Assembly: GCA_964016885.1 (NCBI GenBank)
Contig: OZ024752.1
Coordinates: 4,650,001 to 4,714,000, forward strand
DNA length: 64,000 nt
Direction of reading: 5' to 3'
DNA from: Eledone cirrhosa
Lineage: Eukaryota
Below are positions 15,689 to 28,710 of this stretch, piece by piece (the first letter of the stretch is position 1; each line of letters starts with the position of its first letter). A model generated the notes under the pieces. That model was not told where the DNA came from and made no database searches. It saw only the letters and a list, made by a program, of their open reading frames with translations. Both the position numbers and the translations under genes were made by a program.

Positions 15689-16155
15689 TTTAACATTTAA
15701 ACTGACTGTAACCAGCCACTCATACTGATGTGAAGGTATTGTTCATTTTGAAGTTTACAGTGTAGCTTGGAGAACTGATTGTTACTTCTAGTTAGTTAAC
15801 CCTTTAGCTTTTAAACCGGTCATATCTGGTCAGAATTCTCTCACCTCTTTTTGTTCAAACCGGCTCATACTGATGTTAAAGTATTGTTTTCATAATAAAT
15901 AATATCAAAATCTCATAGATTCGATATTATGTGAGGTAAAGCCATTAAAATATAATAAAACCGACCATTTCTAGCCAGAATATTCCCACCCTTTTCTGTT
16001 CAAACCAGCTGTAACTGGCCATTCATAGTGATGTTAAGGTATTGTTCTAAAAATGAATAGTGTAAAAATCTCATAGATTCGATATTATGTGAGTTAAAAC
16101 CTTTAACATGAAAATATGATAGTAAATATAGAGTAATTAAATGCTAAAGTGTTAA
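15689..16155 (-). mobile_element. Cluster of partial piggyBac-type MITE copies
   Basis: TTAACCCTTTAGC at 15796, repeated AAAATCTCATAGATTCGATATTATGTGAG, end AATGCTAAAGTGTTAA at ~16155. Confidence 0.7.
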
Positions 16156-16364
16156 ATCAAGATCGTGATACAGTTTTCTTTTTATTATGCCCCAATTATG
16201 GTTTCGTCTTTCAAATTATCAAAATCATAAACAACAAATAACAGCAGAAGGCTGGAAAGACTTGTTAGTTTAGATTTTAATTCTCAGGCTGAATCAGTAT
16301 GACACAATATCTTGTGACAAGTTTGTGCTTTTAAATTATAGTAACAATTGAACTGTTAGAAATA

Positions 16365-16545
16365 AAGGCTTCTGACTTAGGCACAAGGTCAACAATTTGA
16401 GGGAAGGGGAAAATTGATTATATCAAACCCAGTGTGTTACTGGACCTATATTTTATCGAACCCGTATGGATGAAAGGCAAAGCTAACTGCAACGGGATTT
16501 GAAATCAGAGAGCAGGGAGCCAGAACTAATACCACAAAGCACTCT
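16365..16545 (-). mobile_element. SINE family A, older diverged subfamily
   Basis: GGCACAAGG..A.CAATTT, TTTTATCGA.CCC, GGATGAAAGGCAAAG, GGGATTTGAA. Confidence 0.7.
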
Positions 16546-16794
16546 ATGCATGTTTATATGAAACCATAACTCCTGGTGGAGTTGTAGACATGTTATAATG
16601 ATATACTGCTCATCTTTGGTGTTTTACTGGTGGGGCACATCCCCTCTCTAGGTCTGAACACAGCAAATTTCTTCCAGTAAAGGAGAGAAAGTGTGTGTAA
16701 CAGAGAGTAAAAAAAGAGAAAGATATATAGAGGAAGAATCGACCCCAGTACTATGATAGCCTGTTCTAATTTTAATAGGACTGCTTTAAAATGA

Positions 16795-17016
16795 TTAACC
16801 CTTTAGCATTTAAACCGACTGTATCCGGCCAGAATTCTCTCACCTTTTTCTGTTCAAAATGGCCATAACAGGCTGCTCATACTTATGTTAAGGTTTAGTT
16901 CTCAAAATAAATGATATCAAAATCTCGAAACATCGATATTATATGAGATAACTATGTGAGATAAAGTATTTACCATAAAAATATAATATAGAGTAATGTA
17001 AATGCTAAAGGGTTAA
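16795..17016 (-). mobile_element. piggyBac-type MITE
   Basis: Perfect TIR pair TTAACCCTTTAGCATTTA / TAAATGCTAAAGGGTTAA. Confidence 0.88.
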
Positions 17017-17706
17017 GGAACATAAATGTAGCTCAACTATGCAAAATCCAGTTTAAACATTATTGAAATTCCAACATTATTGAATTTGACTGGAACCATT
17101 TCTGACCAACCAAAGACAACTGCTGCCAATTGAAAGAAGCAAAAATGGGAACACTCTAGATTATCTTATAATGTAATTCACCTTCTTTAAGGGTGTGATT
17201 TATAAGGATGGGGAGGAGGAGATTTGGCTGCTATTTCTAGCAGCAGTTACTGTGATTCTTTCTGTCTGCCCCCTTCTCTCCTCTTTCATTTCCATGCTGT
17301 GACATGGCGGTGAGGGTGGGTGGGTGCTGCCAATGTTATTGTTATCAGTATTTGTTATTATTTTAGTTTGTGGGAGGCGGGGGGGGGGGATAAATGTAGG
17401 GAGTGGGTTAGGGGCTGGCTGACAATGCCTCTGCTCTTTTGCATGAATAGCTGCTCCTATTTAAAGGGGGAGTTTTTGATGTTTTTTATTTATATATATT
17501 TGTTTTGTCTCCTAGGACTAAAACATGATGAGGAGGGGGTTGAGGCACAGCTGAACTTTGTTTTCATAATCTCCTGGACAACCAAATAACTTATGCCAAA
17601 TAGGGTGATATGAGGGTGGGGTAGGGTGGGATGAGGGTCGGTGGGGTGGGACGAGGTAGGAGGAGTTTCTTTCGGTTAAAATAAACATTTTTTTTTAAAT
17701 GTCTCC

Positions 17707-18570
17707 ATGTGGAGGTAGTGGTGGTGACAGTGGTGGTGGTGGTGGTGGTGGTGACAGTGGAGGTAGTGGTGGTGGTGGTGGTGACAGTGGAGGTGGTGGT
17801 GGTGACAGTGGAGGTAGTGGTGGTGGTGGTGGTGACAGTGGAGGTAGTGGTGGTGGTAGTGACAGTGGAGGTAGTGGTGGTAGTGGTGGTGGTGGTGACG
17901 GTGGTGGTAGTGGTGGTGGCTCTGGTGGTGGCAGTGGAGGTAGTGGTGGTGGTGGTGGTGACAGTGGAGGTAGTCGTGGTGACAGTGGTGGCTGTAGTGG
18001 TAGTGGCAGTTGTGGCTGTGGTGGTGGTGGTGGTTGAGGTGGTAGCAGAGCCACCACTACCACCACTGTCACCACCACTACCTCTACTGTCACCACCACC
18101 ACCACTACCACCACTGTCACCACCACTACCACCACTGTCACCACCACTACCTCTACTGTCACTACCACCACCACTACCTCTACTGTCACTACCACCACCA
18201 CTACCACCACTGTCACCACCACTACCTCTACTGTCACTACCACCACCACTACCTCTACTGTCACTACCACCACCACTACCACCACTGTCACCACCACTAC
18301 CTCTACTGTCACTACCACCACCACTACCTCTACTGTCACTACCACCACCACTACCACCACTGTCACCACCACTACCTCTACTGTCACTACCACCACCACT
18401 ACCACACTGTCACCACCACCACCACTACCACCACTGTCACCACCACTACCTCTACTGTCACTACCACCACCACTACCTCTACTGTCACTACCACCACCAC
18501 TACCACCACTGTCACCACCACTACCTCTACTGTCACTACCACCACCACTACCACACTGTCACCACCACCA
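17707..18570. repeat. GGT-based minisatellite (17707-18040) followed by its reverse-complement version (18050-18570)
   Basis: GGTGGTGACAGTGGAGGTAGT on the left, ACTACCTCTACTGTCAC.ACC on the right. Confidence 0.9.
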
Positions 18571-18804
18571 GTTAATGGAAGCTAGAGTATTGTTAAAGAA
18601 ACAGAATGTTTTATTTTTGTTGGTTTTGTTGTTATTTCTGTTGAAGAAAGGTTTTTGGTAATTTTCCAGTCTACTTCCTCCTTGCTTTACCCCCTCTCAA
18701 ACGGATGTTTCCACTAAAATGATTCTTTTAGTTAACTTCTTGGAATCTTTTGGACAAAAAACAGATTCCTCTAAAAGAGTCAACAGTGTTTTAAGTTTTA
18801 AAAA

Positions 18805-18822
18805 TGTTGTTGGTGTTGTTGC

Positions 18823-18861
<39 letters not shown>

Positions 18862-19045
18862 CGTCTTTTGGTTGTTGTCGTTGTTGTTGTCGACCTCTAT
18901 TGGTTGTTGTTTTTGTCCTCTTGCTTGTTGTTGTTGTCGACCTTTTTTGGTTGTTGTTGTTGTTGTTGTTGTCGACCTCTTTTGGTTGTTGTTGTTTTTG
19001 TCGTCTTTTGGTTATTGTTGTTGTTGTCGACCTCTTCATTATTGT
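18805..19045. repeat. (GTT)n-based degenerate minisatellite with recurring GTCGACCT
   Basis: Direct inspection. Confidence 0.85.
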
Positions 19046-19171
19046 TGTTATATTTCCTTAACAAGTCATATCAAACAAAATAGATATTTTTCAAAACCTT
19101 TATCATTACCAGACATTCTAAAGGATGAAATAAAACAAAAAATAAAATAAATAAGCAACTATATAAATAAT

Positions 19172-19362
19172 AATAATTGTTTCTTCTTTTGGCACAAGGC
19201 CAGCAATTACCCAGTGCATTACTGGTACTTTATTTTATCGACCCCTTAAGGATGAAAGGCAAAGTTAACCTCGGCGGGATTTGAACTCAGAATGGCAAAG
19301 GCCGTAACTCTATGCGTCAAAGCATGGCGTCCAACCCTCTACCAATACTGCCAATTCACCGT
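19172..19362 (-). mobile_element. SINE family A
   Basis: Full-length match to the family. Confidence 0.9.
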
Positions 19363-19699
19363 CTTCGCAATAATAGAATCTACACACAGAAAAGACGCAA
19401 TGTTTAGACAAATCACAGAGGCAATAAACATAAATGAATTACAACCAAAATTAAATAGAAAACATGAGTGGAACATCAACATCACAACTTACAATTAAGG
19501 ACAAAATGAAAACACACACACACATAGAACAAACAACCGACCAGTAACATGTAAATAAACAAATAAATAAACGAATATAAACACACACAGACACCTGGAT
19601 GTAACACATGCGCAAACTAAGCACACAACACACACACAAAAACAAGATGGCGTAGGACAGAACAAAGGAGAGGCACAAAAAAACAAAGAAAAGAATCCC

Positions 19700-19895
19700 C
19701 AGTCACTGAAGAGGTCACAGAATGTGTGACGAAAGAACTTTGACAATATATAAACAACCATCTGGTTGTGGAACCAACCAACCAACCGGAAATTTATAAA
19801 TTCCTAAATTTATAAATTTATTATAATAAATTGAAGTGAAAGCAACTGGTGCGTGTGTTTCTTATTGGCAACATGACCCTCCCAAGTATAACAAT
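19700..19895 (+). mobile_element. Penelope pLTR-like fragment with a hammerhead-like motif (19702-19744); related inverted pair at 26795-27082
   Basis: gtca CTGAAGA ggtcaca gaatg tgtgac GAAAG aa CTT tgac. Downstream sequence is shared with 26925-27082 (+) and 26795-26924 (-). Confidence 0.65.
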
Positions 19896-20186
19896 ATATA
19901 TATATATTTATATATATATATATATATACACATATATATTTGTATATATATATATGTATATATCTATATATATATACATGTAATATATATATATGTATAC
20001 ACCCATATTCATATATGCTTACACAAACATACAAACACATATGTGAATATGTATATATATACACACAGATGTGTTTACGAAACTTAATACAACCCAATTA
20101 TCTTTGTGTATGTATATGTATTTCACTTAGTGTGTGTGAGAGAATGTACTTGAGTATTTCCCACAAAATTATTGATTTAGAAGATT

Positions 20187-20357
20187 TTTGGTTTTCTCTT
20201 TAAAACTTCAGATCTACATTAGCCTTGAGCAGCTTTGAAGCCTTTATAAAACTGAACCCTAAAAAGTTGTTTTCCTCTTTGCACTTACATCACACTCTCT
20301 TTTCTTTTTCTTTAGATATTTGGATATATATATTTGTACATGTTTGGAGCTTACCAT
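20187..20357. repeat. Unclassified ~170-bp interspersed repeat; second copy at 26322-26493
   Basis: TTGGTTTTCTCTTTAAAACTTCAGATCTACATTAGCCTTGAGCAGC ... GGAGCTTACCAT present in both. Confidence 0.85.
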
Positions 20358-20583
20358 ATATATATATATTCTCTCACCGTTTCGGTTTTGCCAAATATGT
20401 GTGTGCGTAGTATGCATATGTGTATATGTCTGTGAAAATCGCAGTAGCAGGGAACTTGTGCTGTGAGAAAGAAAATTCATGTTAAAAAAATACTATATAT
20501 GTCTTGTATTAATGGTTGCAAGAATGTGTAGTTAGAAGAGATTAATATATTTCTTAAGTGAAAACTTGAGTGTTACTCTAGAG

Positions 20584-20810
20584 CTGTGGTTCCTAATCTT
20601 TCTTTGTGTTATCACCCAGCTGTATAATAAATATTTAAAAGCATAATAAAAATGTATAGTAAAAGATTATTTCTATTTAACCTCCTGTTTAATTTTTTAT
20701 ACAGGTTCTTTGCATGTCTCCTTTGAATATTTATTTTTGGGGCTGGGAAGCATATCTTGATACTCCCAATCACCCCCAGTGGGCTATATTGCCCAGGTTG
20801 GGAAACCATG
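20584..20810. mobile_element. hAT (Charlie-like) MITE
   Basis: Imperfect TIRs CTGTGGTTCCTAATCT / AGGTTGGGAAACCATG, flanks CTCTAGAG and CTCTACTG resembling an 8-bp NTCTAGAN-type TSD. Confidence 0.6.
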
Positions 20811-21009
20811 CTCTACTGTTTCTTCTGGTTACTCATATGGTTATCTGAGGATCCTGTGAGTTCACAGGAAAAACTCCTGAATAACAAGATTCATGTAGGT
20901 GTCACAACAAAAAGTACCCAGCACACACTGTAAATGTGTTTGACAAACCTGTCTAACCCATGCTAGTGTGGAAGATAGATGTTAATTGACGATGATGAAT
21001 GACATGGCT

Positions 21010-21245
21010 TTAACCCTTTACCATTTACATTACTCTATATTTGCCTTTACTGTGAAAATACAATAGTATTTTCACAGTAAAGGCTTTACCTTACATAATT
21101 ATCTCACATAATATTGAATTTATGAGATTTTGATATTATTTATTTTGAGAACGATACCTTAACATCAATATAAGTAGCCAGTTACAGCCAGTTTGAACAG
21201 AAAGATGTGAGGGAATTCTGGCCAGTTTAAATGCTAAAGGGTTAA
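21010..21245 (+). mobile_element. piggyBac-type MITE
   Basis: TTAA-CCCTTTA.CATTTA ... TAAATGCTAAAGGG-TTAA. Confidence 0.85.
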
Positions 21246-21808
21246 TAAAGAATATAACCCATGCTAGCGTGGAAGATGGACGTTAAACAATGATGATGAT
21301 GATGATGATGATACATATATCAGGTTATTACTCTAAATAAGTAGCAAGTTGCAATAATGTATAAGGACATAGAACTCGGTAGAGAGTTGATATGCACATT
21401 GTATGGTCACAAATAAACCTAGTTGTCAGAAAGAACATCAGTCTAATAGAGATGTAGAGAGCTGTTTAGCCATGTTTGAAATATGTTGAAATATACTGAG
21501 TAAAACATTACTTTCTTTTGTTTCATTTGTCATCCTTTGCCTTTTATATATTTCTACCACATTGTACTGGCTTTTTGAAATTTAGTAATTTATTACATAT
21601 TTCACAATACTTCATATTAACTATTTATTTATATATATATAATTAAAAGTTTAACACGGTTCAATGAATTCATCAATGAATAAATTTTCACAATAGATTA
21701 TAAGCACTCTACAAAGAGGTTTTCTGGAGTTATTAATATTACTTCAAAATATTAATAAATATAGACATTCATGTGACATACATAGTCAAGGTATGTCAGG
21801 CATCAACT

Positions 21809-21874
21809 TATTTTATCTGATGAGGACGTGCTGTTGAAATAGCTCAGTATCTCTGAAATATGTATAATAAAATA
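21809..21874 (+). ncRNA. Type I hammerhead-like motif with degenerate stem II
   Basis: tattttat CTGATGA ...ctct GAAA tatgt ATA ataaaata: 8-bp stem I, enclosed by a longer flanking inverted repeat. Confidence 0.6.
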
Positions 21875-21898
21875 TATTTGATCACATGAATGTCTATA

Positions 21899-23291
21899 TC
21901 TAATATATATTTGTGAAATGGGCGGTGGTTGAAATTCAAATGTGCACGGTTAAATGGTAGTAGACGTGGTCGGACTGACATGAAAATTTACACACCTATG
22001 TAAAAAGTGCCAAGGAAGCAAATAGACGAAGTTTCAAATCTCTAACTTGAAAAATGTGGTCCCTACTATCGCGTTCGGTGAGTTATTTCCCCCTGTTCTA
22101 ATACTTTTGTCTTATTTACAATTTCATCATCCTTCTACATTTAACGATATACAGTACTGTTTTATGAAATCGATTCTGCAGTACGGTCACTGTTTTCCAT
22201 CAAAAGAAATAAAACCCTTGGCGATACTTGGTTATAGTGTCCTAAATTATCACCATCGACATTCAATTATTAGCTCCACCCACTACACAATATGTCACGA
22301 AGGTAAATGTTTCGAAAAAATTTTAAACTGTATATCGCAACAATATAGTGTTTAAATAAATTTTTTTCTGTTGTTAAAAACTGTAAATCTGTTAAAAAAA
22401 AATGTATTTTGCAGCAATTTTTTTTCTGTTAAAAACTGTAAATAAAGATTCATGTAAAAATGAAGCATAGTGTTTCGGTTAAATACATTTTTTTTTAAAC
22501 AGATTTACAGTTTTAAACAACAGAAAAAAAATTTCTTTAAACAATATATTGTTGCGATATACAGTTTAAAATGTTTTCGAAACATTTACCTTCGTGACGT
22601 ATCGTGATGTATTTCGCAGCAATTTTTTTTCTGTTAAAAACTGTAAATAAATATACATGTAAAAATGAAGCATAGTGTTTCGGTTAAAAACTTAAAAACT
22701 GTAAATAAATATTCATGTAAAAATCAAGCATAGTTTTTCTGTGAAAAACTGTAAATAAATATTTATTTTGTTCAAAAAATAAATCAAAAATCTAATTTTC
22801 TCTGTTAATATTTTAATAAATATTTATTCTAAAAATTCAATGTTTTTTTCGTGTAAAAATGAACATGTAAGAAAATGAACATGTAAAAATCAAGCCGCAG
22901 CAGCTGATGACGTGTCGTGACGTATTGTGTAGTGGGTGGAGCTAATAATTGAATGTCGATGATGATAATTTAGGACACTAAAACCAAGTATCGGCAAACC
23001 CTTAAATTGCAAAGAAAGGACGCGTGTTTTTATTTTAATTCTAATACATGTTAACCACCACTAACAGTAAGTAGTACTTTTCAAATTGCATATCATCGAC
23101 ATTGCTATTTCGCTGTTAATAAACAATGCTTTTCACGTCGCTCCACTTCTCATTGTACGCCGTCCAGCCCCAAGTGCATATTTCTATTATTTTTCCTGAA
23201 ACTACTTCTTTATAATAAACTTTCAATAATATTTTTCAAATTATTAACTTAATAAAAAGTGGCCCCAGGTGCAACCGGGTTCAGCTGCTAG
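21899..23291 (+). mobile_element. Non-autonomous Helitron
   Basis: Starts TC, ends CTAG after a GC-rich hairpin (CCCAGGT GCA ACCGGG), inserted between A and T with no TSD. Removing it restores the reverse complement of 21737-21777. Confidence 0.85.
22220..22995. mobile_element. Long-TIR MITE nested in the Helitron, 8-bp TSD
   Basis: ~80-bp TIRs (GGCGATACTTGGTT... / ...AACCAAGTATCGGC), TSD AAACCCTT at 22212-22219 and 22996-23003, internal inverted repeat 22295-22410 / 22481-22598. Confidence 0.8.
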
Positions 23292-23311
23292 TTTATTAAT
23301 ATTTTGAAGTA

Positions 23312-23347
<36 letters not shown>

Positions 23348-23427
23348 CCCTGGTTCAATCGGTAGGGGTAACCACAGTTAGTAAGGTACTCAATACATTA
23401 ATAGAATGTAAACATCATGTTTCATAT

Positions 23428-23492
23428 AGAAATGGCTTTCCTGATGACTTTTTTTTTATGAAACAGTTCTAGTCCTGTGGAAACCAATTTCT
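23428..23492 (+). ncRNA. Degenerate hammerhead; related minus-strand copy at 27102-27158
   Basis: agaaatggctttc CTGATGA ... GAAACAG..CTGTG gaaaccaatttct (GUG triplet, likely dead). The 27102 copy keeps CUGAUGA, GAAACAG..CUGUA. Confidence 0.55.
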
Positions 23493-24240
23493 TATTCTTT
23501 CTTTTGATGAAGGACTAGCCTCCAAAACGTAAAGACCCTCTTCCTGCTATTTCAAGCGTTAAACTAAAATATTCCTTCAATGTACTGTGCCTTTTTTTTT
23601 GTTATATTTATTTCTGTTTACCTTTTACAAACACACACGAGAACAATCATATTTTACACACACACATGTGTAAAATATGATTATTCTCTAGTTATTTTAT
23701 ATGAAGATTTTTGTTTCAATTTAGAAGAACAGTAGTGATGACCAACCCCTTTAACATGTCTATATAACCATTGCTTGTTGATGAGTTTAAAAAAGATATC
23801 TTCGTAGACCAGCAGATAATCTAGAGTTTTTACATAAATGTCTCTTCTCAGTTAAATGCTATGAAGGATCAGGACAATTGGTTTATATATTTATATTGTA
23901 TATATATATATATATATATGTGTGTATATGTGTATATATGTATGTATGTGTGTATATATGTGTGTGTGTGTATATATGTATTTGAATGCAGTGGGAAAGC
24001 AGTAACCATGCAAGCAAGAAGCATAATGATGGACTTAAGTAGAGTAAGATAAAAATGATGAAATATAACACTAGTTTTTAGCTATATCTATAACATTTTA
24101 AGGTCAGATCCTTGAAATATCAAATATAGAGAGTAAAAATTATTCTCTTGTTATTTTGTCATTCTATACTAAATCCACCATTATATTTCATATGTACATT
24201 ATACCATTTTAATTTCATATCTCACAATGCTTCATATATA

Positions 24241-24570
24241 TCATCATCATCATCATTTTACGTCCGCTTTTCCCTGCTTCCAAGGGTGGGACGGGAACTG
24301 ATTCTAGCTTGATTTCTACAGGTGGATGCCCTTCCTAACACCAACCTCATTTACAGTGAGTGCTGGATGCTTTTTTGCCGTGGCGCCTCCACAACCACTT
24401 TACAGTGAAATAATAGGGACCCCAGTCCCTCATTTCTACAGCTGAGTAAACTGGAGCAATGTGAAATAAGTGCCTTGCTCAAGGAAACAACACATCATCC
24501 GGTCTGAGAATTGAACTCACAACCTTTCGATTGCAAGGCCAATGCTCTAACCACTAAGCCATGTGCCTCC
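24241..24570 (-). mobile_element. SINE family B, full length
   Basis: Reverse complement of 29257-29593. Confidence 0.9.
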
Positions 24571-24638
24571 ATATATATGTATATATATTTGAGTGTACAT
24601 AGATATGTACATCCATACATTCATACAAATATACAGTA

Positions 24639-24675
<37 letters not shown>

Positions 24676-25287
24676 AAGAGAGAAATATACAAAGAGGTAT
24701 GTATTTAATCAATTGTTGGGGATTACTCGTTTTATTTTTTATTTGATATATTGGCTCCTAATTTATTTCTATATGTAAGTAGATCTTTGTAAGTTTAATG
24801 GTTCTGAGCTGATGTTTTTAGCGGTCTTTTGGTCCATTCACACCACCATGACCTATATAATGTGCGTTTTCTTTTTTTACTTTGTGCGTATTTTAGTTAT
24901 CTAATATATTTTTAGAAGTGTAGGCCATATTGTGGAGCAGCTGCAGATAAGCTCTCTACAATATGGAATCTACACTTTTTGTGGCAAAACATTCTCTAAT
25001 TTGAGCATGTCCAAGTGTAATAGTTATTATTGGATGAGAAAGGCTATGTACATGGAGTCTGAGACTGGGGAAAGTTAAGGAGAGTGAAAGTATTTTCAAG
25101 CCAGAAACATGGTATTAATCCTTACAACTGACTGGGCTCTGTTAAACATACTGAAAGATCAAGTGACAGTTAAGGGAGACAAGGCTACCATGTTTATATA
25201 TATGAATGTAGGCCTCTCTCTCACCTATCTTTCTCACTCCTCTTTCTTTCTCTCTCACCCCCTCTCTCTATATATGTATACATATAA

Positions 25288-25465
25288 TAACTGTTTCTAC
25301 TTTTGGCAATTACCCAGTGCATTACTGGTACTTTATTTTATCGACCCCGTAAGGATGAAAGGCAAAGTTAACCTTGCCGGGATTTGAACTCAGACCGCAA
25401 AGGGACGTAACTATGCTGGAAAGCATGGCGTCCGACCCTCTACCGATACTGCCAATTCACCGCCC
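25288..25465 (-). mobile_element. SINE family A
   Basis: Family core and head present. Confidence 0.88.
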
Positions 25466-25564
25466 TGTATATATATAATAACATGTGACTTCACACTGAA
25501 TAAGAAGAAGAGACTTATTGGAAGAGAACATATGAAACCCATGGCGGCATAGGAGAGAAATGTG

Positions 25565-25882
25565 TGTCATCATCATCATCATCATCAGGTTTAGCGTCCG
25601 TGTTCCACGCTTGCATGGGTTTGGACGTGGGGTTTTCCCACTTGAGGCAAGAGTGATTGTCTTGCTCGCATAGGACTGTCTGGCGGGTTTTCTACAGTTG
25701 GATGCCCTTCCTAACACCAACCACATTTACAGTGTGGGGCTGGGAGGTTTTTACCGTGTTGCCTACACGGCCACATTACAGCGTGGACTGTCTGGCGGGT
25801 TTTCTACAGCTGGATGCCCTTCCTAACACCAACCACATTTACAGTGTGGGGCTGGGAGGTTTTTACCGTGTTGCCTACACGG
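25565..25882 (-). mobile_element. RTE 3' UTR fragment (same family as 58160-58385) with an internal ~110-bp tandem duplication
   Basis: CGTCCGTGTTCCACGCTTGCATGGGTTTGGACG shared with 58192ff. GGACTGTCTGGCGGG...GCCTACACGG occurs twice. Confidence 0.85.
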
Positions 25883-26077
25883 TAATGTATGTATGTATGT
25901 ATATAACAATCAATACATACTTATTATATATATATATCTATATATATAACAAAGGAATTGTGGTAAGGAACTAGATAGACCATAACGCACCAGAGTACTC
26001 AATACTTAAGGTAGTAGAGTCCAGAAATAGCCGTCGTAACGGCTTGAGCTCTGCCGTCGGGGTCATACTTTTTCCTA

Positions 26078-26112
<35 letters not shown>

Positions 26113-26550
26113 GTACACACACATATATATATAGATATGCACACATATATATATATGCACATATGTATATATGCACATATATATAAAAAAAGATATATAT
26201 ATATATATACATGTTTACATACACAAATATGTGTGTTGCATATGAGAATAAACTTGAGTACTACCACCGACAAACAAAAAATAAAATAGAATATATATAA
26301 ATATATTGATTTTAAAGTTCCTTGGTTTTCTCTTTAAAACTTCAGATCTACATTAGCCTTGAGCAGCTTTTAACTCTTTATAAAACTGAACCCTAAAAAG
26401 TTGTTTTTCTCTTTGCACTTACATCCCACTCTCTTTTCTTTTCCTTAAGATATTTGGATATATATATTTTTATACATGTGCGGAGCTTACCATGTATGTA
26501 TGTATGCTAAGCTCCAAACATGTATAAAAATATAAATATATATATATATC

Positions 26551-26596
<46 letters not shown>

Positions 26597-26648
26597 CGTG
26601 TGTGTACACATATATATGTGTGTGTGTACACATATATGTGTGTGTGTG

Positions 26649-26709
<61 letters not shown>

Positions 26710-27461
26710 GTATATATGTGTATATATAGATATATTTTATTTTGTTTTTTATTTTTGTTTTGCGAGATTTCTTATCTGAAAACGTGTTGAAATAGATATT
26801 CTTATACTTTGGGAGGGTCATGTTGCCCAAAAAATAAAAACACACCCATCTGTTGGTTTTCACTTCCATTTATTATAAATTTCTGGTTGGTTGGTTCGAT
26901 AACCGGTAGACTGTTTATATATTGAGGAGGTCACAGAATGTGATGAAAGAGCTTTGACAGTATATAAACAACCTTCTAGTTATCTAACTAACCAACCGGA
27001 ATATTTGTAATAAATTAAAGTGAAAACCAATAGGTGCTTGTGTTTTTATTGGCAGCATGACTCTCCCAAACTATAACAATATATATATATATTTTTAATA
27101 TAGAAATGGCTTCTACAGCACTGGAACTGTTTCATTCGGAGGAAATCATCAGGAAAGTCGACTGTCAATGTAATATGGTGGTATTGATACATTTTCTGTT
27201 GATAGTGGTGGGTGGTGACTGGGATGGGTGGACGTCATTGGCTGATTTAGAGAAAAATACATAGTGATACAAAGGCAGAAGTAAATTGATGCTAAGTACC
27301 TATAGACAAATGCATACACACTGACATACACACTGACATACACACTCCTAATGTTCAAGGTTCATTTATTCCAAGCAAACAAATTGTTTTCATTGAGTGG
27401 CAATATTAAAATGCGCTGTTAAAGGATGGTGAGGTCTGCATAACTGGTCAGGGGTCTACAA

Positions 27462-27605
<144 letters not shown>

Positions 27606-28146
27606 GTTCAATTATGCTAAGCAGACAAAAGGGCCTGATACTGAAAAATCTCTCTGAACACTGCCCAAACTGTATGCACGAAAACTATGCAACATACAAA
27701 TATTACAAACCAGTTTTGCCACCAAAATGATAGTTTTCAAAAAAACATCACTCGACAAAATATCTCCTCCAGCCCGCTCCACCTCCTACCCTCAAACCAT
27801 GCCCTCTTACGATCCGCCTCACAGTACTGAGGTTATGTAAGTACTTTTTACCTACTTTTCTACATGTATAACGTATTTGTTTCGCCAAAAATTAGTGGCT
27901 GTGTCACAAAATCCCAGGGCTTTTCAACAGGAGTAAGGATTGTATGAACAGCACACCTTGAGATAATTTAGGTAACTAAATGTCGCACATATAGTAAGAG
28001 AACAAGTGAAACCTCGTGAGACAGGCAGCGCATTGTGGCATGACTGGATCATAAAACGGCTAGAAATGGCAGCCTAAAGCCATTCAACTTCAAAGGCTCA
28101 ACAAACAAACTGGGCTCTTTATAATATAATATATGTATATATATAC

Positions 28147-28710
28147 GATGGCTGCCCCCTCGTTATCGAGTATGGCCATTGCACGATATACCATTATTAA
28201 TAATTATTAATTAATTCTACCATGCAATGTTAGTGTGTGAAGATTTTTTTTAAAGTGAGGAAAGACTGTGCACTGAGCCAATCCCACTCTCTGAGCGACA
28301 GTAGCTAATACCCAAAAAGAAGAAAAGATCAACATCATCGGTAACTACTGAGCCGCAGGTTTTATATCGGAGTTATCCCAGTTTCCTGAGTTGCCTTCTC
28401 CTAGAAGAATGCCCTGATAAGGGCTAGCGGGTGCTTCACTCCCAGTGGTTTAATCGGGCGATCATGTATCCAGCCCAATTATTTCTATGTCTCCGCGTAT
28501 ATACATACACATGCATATATGTATATACATATTTACACATTTTTGGATGGCTGTAGACCCTTTGTCAGGTTTTGTTTTTTGTTCTGCAGGATGTCTAAAA
28601 TCACCCTCCTTACCAACTAAACTTGGTGGGGTTGCCGGTTTAGTCGCCAACGACCCTACCATGCTACAGGTTGTTCTGGGTTACATGTTACCAGTAGCAC
28701 TCAAGAGTGA
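28147..28710 (-). mobile_element. Probable non-autonomous RTE(BovB-like)-derived element
   Basis: Its end (rc CTCGATAACGAG...GCAGCCATC) resembles the tail at 48775-48805 that follows a C2H2-like C-terminus. No ORF. Classification is tentative. Confidence 0.4.

Noticed and set aside
23639-23689. Short AT-rich palindromes (also 51978-52020)
   Set aside because: Small fold-backs around microsatellite seeds with no further functional signal.
27640-28090. Possible decayed LINE 3' end
   Set aside because: Only vague motif resemblance and no continuous frame.
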